Numbered from the stretch's first letter, positions 9,964 through 19,535 are shown. The stretch: 64,000 nt of DNA from a bacterium (GCA_965219955.1 OZ244799.1:3200001-3264000); one strand, 5' to 3'. Notes: generated from the letters alone by a model not told the origin. Numbers and translations: made by a program.

Positions 9964-10636
9964 AAGCTGCGCCCTCAAGCCGGCCGACATCGCCCGGCGC
10001 GTGGCGGCGGAACTGCCAGGCGGCGCGGTGGTGAACTTAGGGATAGGCATCCCCACGCTGGTGGGCAATTACGTGGAAGCCGAACGCGGCGTGTTGTTCA
10101 TGGCGGAAAACGGAATCATCGGCGCAGGCCCCAGGCCGCAGGAGGGCCAGGAGGACAAGGACTACATCAACGCGTCCCGAGAACCCATCACCACCCTTCC
10201 GGGGGCTTCGGTGTTCGGGCACGCCGACGCCTTCGCCATGATACGCGGCGGCCACATCGACATCGCCGTCATGGGCGCGCTGCAGGTTTCCGCCCGTGGC
10301 GACCTCGCCAACTGGACGGTGCCGGGGCTGGGCAAGGGCGGTATCGGCGGCGCGATGGACCTGGCGGCGGGCGCGCGCGAGGTCTACGCCATCATGACCC
10401 ACACCATGAAGGACGGCGGCCTCAAGCTCCTGGAAGATTGCAGCTATCCCCTCACCGCCCGCAGAGTCGTCACCAAGTTGTTCACCGACATCGCGTTCAT
10501 CGAAATGACTCCGGACGGCCCTATCTTGAGGGAAGTGGCGGAAGGCTTAACGGCCGAGGACGTGCAGGCGGTGAGCGAGCCGAAACTCCTCACGAACGGA
10601 ACGCCCGGTGTTCTGCCGCGCGAGGAATCTCCATGA
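9941..10636 (+). CDS. 3-oxoacid CoA-transferase subunit B
   Basis: VNLGIGIPT, catalytic AENG, IRGGHID, GDLANW, GGAMDL; overlaps subunit A. Confidence 0.92.
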   Translation: MASDPKLESCALKPADIARRVAAELPGGAVVNLGIGIPTLVGNYVEAERGVLFMAENGIIGAGPRPQEGQEDKDYINASREPITTLPGASVFGHADAFAMIRGGHIDIAVMGALQVSARGDLANWTVPGLGKGGIGGAMDLAAGAREVYAIMTHTMKDGGLKLLEDCSYPLTARRVVTKLFTDIAFIEMTPDGPILREVAEGLTAEDVQAVSEPKLLTNGTPGVLPREESP

Positions 10637-11853
10637 CGCGCGCGGGCAGCGGCTTATCCGCGAATCCCGATTCCGCAGCAGCCGCTCGTGAAACGATTGA
10701 AGAGGCCATGGCGGAGGCTAAGCTCGACGCCGCCTCCCTCGTCTTCCTGTTCGCGACACCCGCACACCTGCAACGATGGCCCGAGGTGGTCGCCGCCGTG
10801 GCGGAGGGAACGGGCGGCGCGCGAATCGTCGGCTGCACCGGCTTCGGCGTCCTGACGGCGCAGGGTGAAATCGAGCGGACGCCTGGAATCTCGGTTCTGG
10901 CGGTGGGCGGCGACGCCCCGCCCGCAGCGCCTTTTCTGGTCGAGGGTCTCGCCGACGCACCGGCGGAATGCGGGCGCGCCATCGGCCGGACGGCGAAAAA
11001 AGAGCTGGCGGACGCGCTCTCGCAGGAGAACCCGCCCCTGGTCGTCATCATGCCCGACAGCTACCACCTCCAGGCCGAAGCGCTCTTCGAGGGGATTCAC
11101 GAGGAACTGGGCGAGGAGGCTATCATCGTGGGGGGCGGCGCCGCTGAGGACGGCTCGGCGGGGAGAACCTTCCAGTTCCTGGACGGGCAGGTGCAGACGG
11201 GCGCCGTCTCGGGCGTCGTGTTCGCGGGCGCGCCGAACCGGTTCATCGGAATATCCCAGGCCTATCTGCCGGTGGGCGAGCCCCGGCTCATCACCCGGGC
11301 GGAGGAGAACGTGGTCTGGGAGATCTCGGGCGAGCGCGCGTATGACGCCTACGCCGAGGCGGCGGGCCCCGAATGGATGGAGAACATCCGCTTCGCCGCC
11401 ATGAACCTGTTCATCGGCATTCCGGGGGACCCGGACAAGGTCACCCTCGACCACGGCGAGTACATCGTGCGGCCCATCGTGGGCGCGGACGAGGAGCGGG
11501 GGGTCATCGCGCTGCCGACGCCGGTCAAGACCGGTCAGGCCATCACCTTCGCCAAGCGCGACGGGTCGCGCGCGCGTGAGGACCTCCGCACCATGCTCGA
11601 AAAAGGAGCGCGCCGTTTCGGCGCTTCAGAGGATGCGGACGCAAGCGCGTTCGGCCTGTATTTCAACTGCGCGGGCCGGGGCAGCTCCCTCTACGGGGAG
11701 ATGGAGGTGGACGCAGGCGCGATACGGGAGAAGATGCGCGGGCTGCCCGTCGCGGGGTTCTTCACGGGTTCCGAGATCGCGCCCATCGGAAAAATCGACC
11801 ATCTCCACCAGTATTCCGGCGTCCTCGTTCTGCTGGGAGAGGACACGGCTTAA
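10633..11853 (+). CDS. FIST N/C domain signalling protein
   Basis: IVGCTGFGVL, GGGAA, YFNCAGRG, GFFTGSEI; ATGA overlap with the upstream gene gives start 10633. Confidence 0.88.
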   Translation: MTRAGSGLSANPDSAAAARETIEEAMAEAKLDAASLVFLFATPAHLQRWPEVVAAVAEGTGGARIVGCTGFGVLTAQGEIERTPGISVLAVGGDAPPAAPFLVEGLADAPAECGRAIGRTAKKELADALSQENPPLVVIMPDSYHLQAEALFEGIHEELGEEAIIVGGGAAEDGSAGRTFQFLDGQVQTGAVSGVVFAGAPNRFIGISQAYLPVGEPRLITRAEENVVWEISGERAYDAYAEAAGPEWMENIRFAAMNLFIGIPGDPDKVTLDHGEYIVRPIVGADEERGVIALPTPVKTGQAITFAKRDGSRAREDLRTMLEKGARRFGASEDADASAFGLYFNCAGRGSSLYGEMEVDAGAIREKMRGLPVAGFFTGSEIAPIGKIDHLHQYSGVLVLLGEDTA

Positions 11854-11887
11854 GGAAAATTTCTCATCAACCACGGGAGTGCGTCTT

Positions 11888-12316
11888 ATGGGATACAGCA
11901 CGGGAAGCATCATCGTCACGACCCTTCATGTACTGAGCGCGATTCTGGCGGTCGGCGGCGTGGCCTTTCTTCGCTTCGTGGTCATACCCACGGCGGCGGA
12001 CCTGCCCGAAGCGGAGCGCGGGCCGTTCATGGCGAAAATCCAGAAACGGTTCATCCCGATTCTCCACGGCTCGTTCCTGATCCTGTTGCTGACGGGGCTT
12101 CATCACATCACCCGCCTCGTGCGGAGCGGCCTCGCGGTTCCGGGGTCGCTGATCGTGAAGATCGTCCTGGCGCTCGTCATCATCTTCGTAGGCGTCGCCC
12201 TCACCATTCCGAGGGGCTTCGGGGGCATGAAGGCGCAGCGCAAGACGTGGCTTCTTTTCAACCTCATCCTCGCCCTCATCGTCGTCTACCTGGGCGTTTC
12301 GTTCACCCACGGGTAA
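11888..12316 (+). CDS. Four-TM membrane protein (CopD/DUF2269-like)
   Basis: LHVLSAILAVGG followed by four hydrophobic helices; GGGAG RBS before ATG 11888. Confidence 0.7.
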   Translation: MGYSTGSIIVTTLHVLSAILAVGGVAFLRFVVIPTAADLPEAERGPFMAKIQKRFIPILHGSFLILLLTGLHHITRLVRSGLAVPGSLIVKIVLALVIIFVGVALTIPRGFGGMKAQRKTWLLFNLILALIVVYLGVSFTHG

Positions 12317-12337
12317 GGCGGGCAAAGGAGAACGCAA

Positions 12338-13342
12338 GTGATGCGGGCGGGCTGGTATGAGAGCAAGGGCGGGGCGCGCGAGGTGGTCGAAGTCGGCGAG
12401 ATGGCGGCGCCCGAACCCGGTCCCGGCGAAATCAGGGTGCGGCTCCATGCGTCGGGCGTGAACCCCACGGACTGCAAGCGCCGCGGGGGACAGGGGTCCG
12501 AGGATTGGGGCTATTTCGAGCATTTTCCTGATTTCCCGAGAATCATCCCCCACAACGACGGCGCGGGCGTCGTGGACAAGCTCGGCCCGGACGCGGGCGG
12601 CCATGAAGCCAGCGACCGCGTATGGGTCTACAACGCGCGCTACAAACGCGCGTTCGGCACCTCGGCGCAGTACGTCTGCCTGCCCGAGAAGTTTCTCGTC
12701 CGCCTGCCCCAAGGAACAACCTTCGCAGAGGGCGCGTGCCTCGGCATTCCCGCCATGACGGCCCACCGGTGCCTGTTCGCGGACGGGACGATCCAAGGCA
12801 AAACGGTGCTCGTGACGGGAGGTGCCGGCCGCGTGGGCGTCTACGCCGTGCAACTGGCGAAATGGGCGGGAGCGGAAGTCATCGCCACGGTGAGCTCAGA
12901 CGCCAAGGCGGCGCGGGCGGAATCCGCCGATCACATCATCAACTACCGAGAAGAGGACGTCTTCGAGAGAGTCATGGAGGTGACGGATGGCGCGGGCGTG
13001 GACCGCGTGGTGGACGTGAACCTGGGCGTGAACTGGGAGACGAACTACAAAATCCTGAAAATCGGCGGCGTCATCACTTCCTATTCCTCCATGGGGGATC
13101 GAACGCCCCCCTTCCCCCACTACGAACTCATGCTGAACAACATCACCATCCGCCTCGTGATGGTCCACTGCTGCCCGCCGGAAGCCCTGCTCCATGCGGC
13201 GGCGGACATCACCCGCGCCCTGGACGCAGGCGCGCTCACCCACCACATCGCGGAGCGTTTCCCGCTCGATGAACTCGCCGGCGCGCACGAGGCCGTGGAA
13301 GCGGGTGAGGCGGTGGGCAACGTGATCGTGGAAATCGACTAG
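12338..13342 (+). CDS. NADPH:quinone reductase (MDR family)
   Basis: SGVNPTD, PHNDGAGVV, LGIPAMTAH, VLVTGGAGRVG. Confidence 0.92.
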   Translation: MMRAGWYESKGGAREVVEVGEMAAPEPGPGEIRVRLHASGVNPTDCKRRGGQGSEDWGYFEHFPDFPRIIPHNDGAGVVDKLGPDAGGHEASDRVWVYNARYKRAFGTSAQYVCLPEKFLVRLPQGTTFAEGACLGIPAMTAHRCLFADGTIQGKTVLVTGGAGRVGVYAVQLAKWAGAEVIATVSSDAKAARAESADHIINYREEDVFERVMEVTDGAGVDRVVDVNLGVNWETNYKILKIGGVITSYSSMGDRTPPFPHYELMLNNITIRLVMVHCCPPEALLHAAADITRALDAGALTHHIAERFPLDELAGAHEAVEAGEAVGNVIVEID

Positions 13343-13363
13343 CTGAAATCAGGCAGAGCCTGG

Positions 13364-13936
13364 GAGGGTTGTTGAAAAACCCCTCGTCGGGGGACATTGC
13401 TTTTAGCGGTATAGCCGCTTTCGCGCGAACCCCCGACCTCCCTCTTTGAAACCAACCCCCCCCTACCCCCCCTTGTCAGGGGGGTATAAAAAGGCGATGC
13501 GCCCCCTCCGGGCCGAGGGGGTTTTGCTTTTTCTTGCCCCCCTGACAAGGGGGGGTAGGGGGGGTTGCTTTTATGGGATTTCGCTTTCAAGGGGGTTGGC
13601 ATTACCCTCTCAAGGGGTTTTTCAACAAGCCCGAGAAAGGAGCGTTTGTATCGAAGGGCGCTCCCCCTTCGAAGGGCTAAGGAAGGACTTCCGATGCGTT
13701 CCGGCGCTCCCTCGATACGGCGCGCAGGCGCGCCTACTCGGGATGAAGGAGATCGGACCCGACCGATGCGGGATTGTTGAAAAACCTTCGTGATGGTTTT
13801 GTAGCAGGACAACCTAAAAGGGTTGTCCTGCCCTCCGTGGTTGTCCTTTGTCAGGACAGGCACGGAGGCCTGTCCCTACGATGAACAATCCGATGATCGG
13901 GATTCTCTCCCCTCAAGGGGGTTTTCAACAACCCCC
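13364..13936. repeat. Composite palindromic repeat array (two TIR-bounded units)
   Basis: GGGTTGTTGAAAAA (~13366) to TTTTTCAACAAGCCC (~13632), then a GTATCGAAGGG/CTACTCGGGATGA module, then GGGATTGTTGAAAAA (~13770) to TTTTCAACAACCCC (~13935) with GGACAGGC/GGACAACC hairpins. Confidence 0.9.
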
Positions 13937-15157
13937 GGGAGCAAGGCCGAGCTTCTTGAGTCCCGACTCGAGAGCGTCGAGCGTCCGGTCGATCTGCGCT
14001 TCGGTGTGCGTCGCCATCAGGGTGGCCCGGAGCCTGCTCGTTCCTTCGGGCACCGTGGGCGGGCGGATGGCGAGCAGATATATGCCCGCCTCCATCAGGT
14101 ATTCCGCGAGCGCCAGCGTTTTCTCCGTGTCCCTGATGATGATGGGGAAAATCGGTATCTCGGCCCCCGGCGGCGGATCACCCACGCGAACACCGACGTA
14201 GCGAAGCCCGGCGCGAAAGCGCGCGCACAGGTTCGCCAGATTCTCCCGTCGGCGCTCCCCCTCGGCTCCCAGGGCGACCCGGACGGCTGCGCGGGAGGCG
14301 GCGGCCACGGCGGGCGGGGGACTCGTCGAATAGATATAGGGCCGCGCCTTGTTGATGAGGTAATCCACGACCTCCGATTCCGCGCAGGCGAACGCGCCGT
14401 AAGAGGCGAGCGCCTTGCCCAGCGTGCCCATCGAGACCGAAACGCCGTCTTCCACCCCGAAATACGCGCCGCTCCCCCTGCCGCCCTCGCCGATGACCCC
14501 CGTGCCATGCGCGTCGTCCACCACGAGCATCGCATCGTATTTATCCGCGAGTTCGCAGATTCCGGGCAGAGGCGCCAAATCCCCGTCCATGCTGAACACC
14601 CCGTCCGTCACGATGAGCTTCCGGCGGGCTTGGGAATTCCTGAGAGCGTCTTCCAGGTAATTCACGTTTCGGTGCGGGTAGATGTGCACCTGCGCCCTGG
14701 ATAGCCGGCAGCCGTCCACGATGCTCGCGTGGTTGAGCGCGTCGCTGAAAACGGCGTCGCCCTCGCCCGTCAGCGCCGTGATGAGGCCTAAGTTCGCCAG
14801 AAAGCCCGAGCCGAAGACGAGCGCTGCGTCCTTTCGCTTGAAGGCGGCCAGCGCGCGCGCCAACTCCTCGTGGGCGCTCATGTGGCCCGAGATAAGCGGG
14901 GAGGCCGCCCCGCTCGCGCCCGCGGTTCTGGCCGCCTCGACGGACGCCTCGATGATGGCGGAATAGCCCGCGAGACCCAAGTAGTTGTTGCTCGAAAGAT
15001 TGACGAGGGTCCTCCCGCCATAGCGCATGGTGGGGCCCTGCATCCCCTCGACGATGCGCAACCCCCGGCGCAGGTTGGCTTCGGTGAGTCCGCGCAACTC
15101 GGCGCCCAGCTGCGCCTTCCAGTCCATTTGGCTGCTACTCACGCTTGTCTCATCCAT
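13925..15157 (-). CDS. bioF: 8-amino-7-oxononanoate synthase
   Basis: SSNNYLGL, DALNHASIVDG, DGVFSMDGD, DDAHG, GTLGKA (PLP lysine), AIRPPTVP. Confidence 0.93.
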   Translation of the reverse strand: MDETSVSSSQMDWKAQLGAELRGLTEANLRRGLRIVEGMQGPTMRYGGRTLVNLSSNNYLGLAGYSAIIEASVEAARTAGASGAASPLISGHMSAHEELARALAAFKRKDAALVFGSGFLANLGLITALTGEGDAVFSDALNHASIVDGCRLSRAQVHIYPHRNVNYLEDALRNSQARRKLIVTDGVFSMDGDLAPLPGICELADKYDAMLVVDDAHGTGVIGEGGRGSGAYFGVEDGVSVSMGTLGKALASYGAFACAESEVVDYLINKARPYIYSTSPPPAVAAASRAAVRVALGAEGERRRENLANLCARFRAGLRYVGVRVGDPPPGAEIPIFPIIIRDTEKTLALAEYLMEAGIYLLAIRPPTVPEGTSRLRATLMATHTEAQIDRTLDALESGLKKLGLAPGGC

Positions 15158-15287
15158 CCGCTCATTTTAGAGAACGAGAGCGCGCCCGAAAAGCGAGGGA
15201 CGGCGAAACTATTGCGCGCGTGACGCAATGATGTCATTTTCGGGAGACCAAGGCAGTGCGGATTCATCTTTATCCAGGGAGTCTCGC

Positions 15288-15662
15288 TTGAACTGGCTTT
15301 TGGTGGCGGGCGGCGGCGCAATCGGCAGCGCGCTGCGCTACGGACTGGCGCTTTTCGTGCAGCGATCGCTGGGCGCAGGCTGGCCCTTCGGCACCCTGGC
15401 GGCCAACGTCATCGGCTCGTTCATCATCGGGTGCGCCTACGAGTTGCTCGTCGCGAGGGAGGTGTTCAGCGAAGAGGTCCGCCTGTTCACGATGATAGGA
15501 CTGCTCGGCGGGTTCACCACCTTCTCCGCCTTCAGCCTCGAGACCCTCCTCATGTTCCAGGAGGGCGACTGGCTTCTCGCGGCGTTATACGTGGCGCTCT
15601 CCGTCGCCGGGTGTCTCCTCGCCGTATGGGCGGGGTTTCAACTCACCGCCGCGCTGACATAA
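15288..15662 (+). CDS. crcB: Fluoride channel Fluc/CrcB
   Basis: GGAIGSALRY, PFGTLAANVIGSF, GLLGGFTTFSAF; TTG start after GGGAG. Confidence 0.95.
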   Translation: MNWLLVAGGGAIGSALRYGLALFVQRSLGAGWPFGTLAANVIGSFIIGCAYELLVAREVFSEEVRLFTMIGLLGGFTTFSAFSLETLLMFQEGDWLLAALYVALSVAGCLLAVWAGFQLTAALT

Positions 15663-15692
15663 CGCATCCAAAACTTCCCCGGCGAGATTTCC

Positions 15693-16190
15693 TTATCTTC
15701 TGGTCGGGCAGACGGCCTTGTTGCGATTGTCATGCCACGGATCGTACCAGAGCACCTCAAACATCTGACCGGCTCTGATTCCATACAGCCTTTCCCTGGA
15801 ATTGATCCGCAATGACACGATTGTCTCGATGTCGTCTTCTTCGATGTCTTTGAGTCTTTTCTTTGCGGTCGAGGAAAGTTTCGAAACGAGGATCGGATGA
15901 TGGTTGGTGCCTCGCCTTCTGCCGCCGCTCGCCCGATACAACTCGGCCCAGGTCATGGTTTCCCAGTTTGAAATTGTTTCGTCGACGAGCCGCCTGAAAT
16001 CGATATTCCTGCAAGCCCTCATGCCCCACGGACCATCCCAGTCGATCTTGCCCACGTGCCAGCAAATCACCAAATGATCGTGAGATTCGCTTATTTCCTG
16101 ACGAACTTCCTTGATGGATTCCCTGCTTGAGGGACTGGATTGTTGGGGAATTGTTTTTCGCCGCCTACCCCTATTCCTGGAGGGAGCCAT
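15693..16190 (-). CDS. Putative RelE-like toxin partnered with a Panacea antitoxin
   Basis: Overlaps the end of the Panacea gene; basic protein with SLRINSRERLYGIR...FEVLWYDPWH, reminiscent of RelE-fold mRNases; visibly less GC-rich than the core genes. Confidence 0.65.
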   Translation of the reverse strand: MAPSRNRGRRRKTIPQQSSPSSRESIKEVRQEISESHDHLVICWHVGKIDWDGPWGMRACRNIDFRRLVDETISNWETMTWAELYRASGGRRRGTNHHPILVSKLSSTAKKRLKDIEEDDIETIVSLRINSRERLYGIRAGQMFEVLWYDPWHDNRNKAVCPTRR

Positions 16191-16602
16191 AATATTCCGC
16201 CAGTGATTCATGTGAAATAACCTGATTGCCTCTTTCTCTGGTCGGAATACCCTTCCTTGCGTTCATCCATGGGGGTTCGGAATGCGTGAGATCGCTCAGT
16301 TGCTGACCGCTGTATTCCCCGTAATGAGCCACCACGACATCAACGGTTTCACACTCGCTCTCGGACAATGCGTCGGCATTCGACCGGACCGTAGAGACAT
16401 GGAAAAACCCTTGATGCCTCTTGTATAAATCGGGACACACCGGACCATTCGCCCACGCCTGAATCTCTTCGGGGAACAAAGGCTCTTCATCCCAAACGAG
16501 ATGCCAAACCTGCGCGTAGTAAACGAGCTTTTGAAGTTTCCACGTCGTGATCCTGCCGGTTTTCGATAGAATATATTCCGCGACATCATAAACCGACGTC
16601 AT
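16171..16602 (-). CDS. Panacea-domain (DUF4065, SocA/GepA-like) antitoxin
   Basis: KLQKLVYYAQ, LFPEEIQAWANGPV, LSDLTHSEPPW signature. Confidence 0.92.
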   Translation of the reverse strand: MTSVYDVAEYILSKTGRITTWKLQKLVYYAQVWHLVWDEEPLFPEEIQAWANGPVCPDLYKRHQGFFHVSTVRSNADALSESECETVDVVVAHYGEYSGQQLSDLTHSEPPWMNARKGIPTRERGNQVISHESLAEYYGSLQE

Positions 16603-16755
16603 GCCTCGCTCCCCTTTCGCCTTTCTCTATTTACCCATTCTGGACGTGAACATTCAAAATTTCAATACACGAATAAATAACGATAATACCACAAAAATGT
16701 TCCGGTGAACACCTCAAAAAAATTCCCCGCGCCGCAGGGCAACGGGGACTACCAA

Positions 16756-17075
16756 GGAGTTGTTGAAAAAGCCAGTTTACAACCTTTACGGAGATATCTC
16801 CCCACCAAGGAGAATTTCAAATCCACTCCCCCCTTGAGGGGGAGTCGAAGAGGCCGAGCGGTTTATGCGAAGGCCGATTCGGTGGGGGGTAAAATGCGTT
16901 TTTGCTCACTCCGATTTATCCCCCCACCAGTTCGCTTTCGGGCTTGCGCCCTCACCTCACTGACTCCCCCTCAAGGGGGGAGTGAAACTTCTCTCTCACC
17001 GGTAGGTAAAATACACTGAATCTCGAAATAATGACTTTTACAACATCCCCTTGATGGGATTGTTGTAAAACCCCT
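16756..17075. repeat. Composite repeat with ACTCCCCCCTTGAGGGGGAGTC cruciform module
   Basis: GGAGTTGTTGAAAAA (~16756); CACTCCCCCCTTGAGGGGGAGTCG...GACTCCCCCTCAAGGGGGGAGTG (~16823-16984); TTTTACAACATCCCC / GGGATTGTTGTAAAA (17036-17070). Confidence 0.88.
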
Positions 17076-17106
17076 CCCCGCTCGACAAACCTGCCCGCAT
17101 GACCCC

Positions 17107-17892
17107 TCAGATCGAATGCATCTCTCCCCCGTCGACCTGCAGGGCCGCGCCGGTGATGTAGCTCGCCCGCTCGCTGGCGAGGAAGGCCACCGCCGCCGCG
17201 AATTCCTCCGCTTCTCCGAGGCGACCGATGGCGATGTCCTTCGTCACCTCGGCGTAGACTTCCTCTTCGGTGCGACCGCTCTCCGCGGCCATCTTCGCGA
17301 TGCGCTCGGGCCAGTGGGTGTTGAAACGCCCCGGGTTCACGACGTTGACGAGAATCCCGTCGCGCACGAACTCGCCGGCGAGTGATTTCGTGAAGTTGAG
17401 CAGCGCGGCCTTGGACGCGTTCGAGACCACGCGGCGGGGCCGGGGCTGGCGGCTGCTCGTGGAGCCGGTCATGATGATGCGGCCCCACTTCTGCTTCTGC
17501 ATGTGGGGGATCACCAGGCGGCTGAACTCGGCCGCCGCGAAGAGAATGCTGCGCATCGAGTAATCCCAGTCGGCGCGCTCCACATCGAGAAAATCCTTCG
17601 TTGTGCTGACGCCCGCGTTGCTTACGAGAATATGGACCGTCCCGAAAAGGGCGACCGTCTCCTCCACCACGGCGGCGATGTCTTCCGCCACGCTCACGTC
17701 GCAGCGCATCGCGCGCACCACGCCTTCCGAGACCGACTGGATTTCCCGTTTCGCCGCCGACAGGCGCTCCTCGTTCCGCGCGCAGATGCAGACGTCGCAG
17801 CCCTCACGCGCGAGTTCCCTGGCGACCGCGAGGCCGAGCCCCGAGTTCCCGCCGGTGACGATGGCGGCTTTTCCGTGGAGTCCCAAATCCAT
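17107..17892 (-). CDS. Short-chain dehydrogenase/reductase (SDR)
   Basis: TGGNSGLG, SNAG, VNVVNPG, YITG...VDGG. The catalytic YxxxK appears as SNASK, a Tyr-lacking SDR subgroup. Confidence 0.9.
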   Translation of the reverse strand: MDLGLHGKAAIVTGGNSGLGLAVARELAREGCDVCICARNEERLSAAKREIQSVSEGVVRAMRCDVSVAEDIAAVVEETVALFGTVHILVSNAGVSTTKDFLDVERADWDYSMRSILFAAAEFSRLVIPHMQKQKWGRIIMTGSTSSRQPRPRRVVSNASKAALLNFTKSLAGEFVRDGILVNVVNPGRFNTHWPERIAKMAAESGRTEEEVYAEVTKDIAIGRLGEAEEFAAAVAFLASERASYITGAALQVDGGEMHSI

Positions 17893-17968
17893 ATTTTATC
17901 CTCTTGTAATGTACAAATCCGCTTACTCTGTCGCGACGTTTTACCCGGCTGATCAAAGAGAGAATACC

Positions 17969-18058
17969 GTAGGGGCGGACCTGTGTGTCCGCCCTGGTTT
18001 ATGTTTTCACCCAGCATGTTTTGACAGGATGCGGGCGGACACATAGGTCCGCCCCTAC
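17969..18058. repeat. GTAG-type REP doublet (REPIN-like)
   Basis: GTAGGGGCGGACCTGTGTGTCCGCCC ... GGGCGGACACATAGGTCCGCCCCTAC in inverted orientation. Confidence 0.9.
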
Positions 18059-18112
18059 AACACATGAGCATCTCTTTGCGCCCTTATCGCATTTCACAGC
18101 ATCCCCTGGCGA

Positions 18113-18141
18113 TTGAGAATGCGCATACGCCCCCTTATAAT
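18113..18141 (+). promoter_or_regulatory. Sigma70-type promoter
   Basis: TTGAGA (18113-18118), 17 bp, TATAAT (18136-18141), 38 nt upstream of ATG 18180. Confidence 0.75.
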
Positions 18142-18179
18142 CCACCGATTCCGCCGTTCGCCACCCGAGGAGAGAAAAT

Positions 18180-18452
18180 ATGACCGAGCGCGCCGATTTC
18201 CGCCAGTTCTACCGCGACGCCCATAAAGTGGATCTGCTCACCGACCGCGAGAAAATCCTGATGGGCCTGGCCATCGCCATCGTGCGCAACTGCCAGCCGT
18301 GAGTGGACCGCCGCCTGGCGGACGCCGGGAAAGCGGGCCTCTCCGAAGAGACGCTCGACGCCGCATTCGACTTGACCGCCGCCGTCATGGCGGGGGTCGC
18401 CCAGAGCATGAACCAGCGCTACAAGGCTTCTCTGAAACAGAGCGACTCCTAG
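18180..18452 (+). CDS. Probable selenoprotein, AhpD/carboxymuconolactone decarboxylase-like (CxxU); absent from the ORF track
   Basis: GAGGAG RBS. The frame reads MTERADFRQFYRDAHKVDLLTDREKILMGLAIAIVRN-C-Q-P-[TGA 18300-18302]-VDRRLADAGKAGLSEETLDAAFDLTAAVMAG...TAG. Both halves look CMD/AhpD-like and the UGA sits at the second Cys of CxxC. Confidence 0.85.
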
Positions 18453-18463
18453 AGACTCAGCGT

Positions 18464-19015
18464 ATGAAAGACTGGTTCAGGAGATTCACGGATTTCGACG
18501 ATCCGAACAAGCTGATGCCCTGGAAGGACAAAAGCCCCGAACCCCAGGGGGAGACGCCGGAGGATCATCCCCATATCCCCATCAAGCCGGTCTGGTATTT
18601 CGCCATGTATTTCATCATGGGCGTGGGGTTCGACACCCTGTTCCCCACCTACGCTTTTCCCGAGAACGTGCGCTTCACGCTCGGGGCGGGGCTGGTGCTC
18701 CTGGGCGCCGTGATGAACTCGACCTCCCTCGTCTGCTACAGAAACGCCCGCACGAACCACGAGACGGACAAGCCTGCGCACGCCCTCATCACGGAGGGGC
18801 CCTATCGCTTCTCGCGCAACCCCATCTACCTCGGCTACATATGCCTCTTCCTGGGGCTCGGGATTTTCCTCAACAACCTGTGGATATTCGTCCTGGGCGC
18901 GCCGCTCCTCGCCACGGTGCAGGTGGCCATCGTCGCGCGCGAGGAGGATTACCTCGCGGAGAAATTCGGCGGGGAATACGGCGAATACTGCCAGAGCGTG
19001 CGCCGCTGGCTGTAG
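18464..19015 (+). CDS. Isoprenylcysteine carboxyl methyltransferase (ICMT/PEMT)-family membrane methyltransferase
   Basis: LITEGPYRFSRNPIYLG and REEDYLAEKFGGEYGEYCQSVRRWL; starts 11 nt after the selenoprotein stop. Confidence 0.9.
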   Translation: MKDWFRRFTDFDDPNKLMPWKDKSPEPQGETPEDHPHIPIKPVWYFAMYFIMGVGFDTLFPTYAFPENVRFTLGAGLVLLGAVMNSTSLVCYRNARTNHETDKPAHALITEGPYRFSRNPIYLGYICLFLGLGIFLNNLWIFVLGAPLLATVQVAIVAREEDYLAEKFGGEYGEYCQSVRRWL

Positions 19016-19516
19016 GGCGGCGGTGGGGGGTAACCCGCAGGGACAACCCCTCCTCGGGGTTGTCCTGCCCTCCATGGTTGTCCTTCGTCGGGGTGTCGGA
19101 CAGGCACGGAGGCCTGTCCCTGCGCCTCGTATCGAACGCGGCATCTCGTAGGGGTCAGACATATATGTCTGACGATGTGTCCGCCCTTGTCATCGGTTTG
19201 AAAGGCAACCCCCCCTACCCCCCTTGTCAGGGTTGTTGAAACAGTCCGAGGAGAGAGGAATCACTCCCCCCTTGAGGGGGAGTCGAAGAGCTGAGGGCGT
19301 AAGCCCGAAAGCGATTCGGTGGGGGGTATAACTCAGAATGGCAATAAAACGCATTTTACCCCCCACCGATTCAGCCTTCGCACAAACCGCTCGGCTTCAT
19401 CGACTCCCCCTCAAGGGGGGAGTGGTTAGTACCCTGCAAGGGAGGAGTAAAGTTTCATCCCTCCATAGTCGGCTCTATAAGTGGAATCACAAAATTGGGT
19501 CATTTTTCAACAACCC
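19012..19516. repeat. Composite palindromic repeat array
   Basis: GTAG hairpins, then CCCCCCTACCCCCCTTGTCAG fused to GGTTGTTGAAA (~19230), a cruciform module (19262-19424) and TTTTTCAACAACCC (19503-19516). Confidence 0.88.
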
Positions 19517-19535
19517 ATCTAACGCACCTCACTCG

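Noticed and set aside
15160-15287. Fluoride riboswitch upstream of crcB
   Set aside because: I could not find the GGCGATGG...CGCC / GCTGATG core. Only a weak TGAC-N8-GTCA palindrome is present.
18299-18463. N-terminal extension of the methyltransferase in the ORF track
   Set aside because: It overlaps the post-UGA half of the selenoprotein in another frame. ATG 18464 is the better start.
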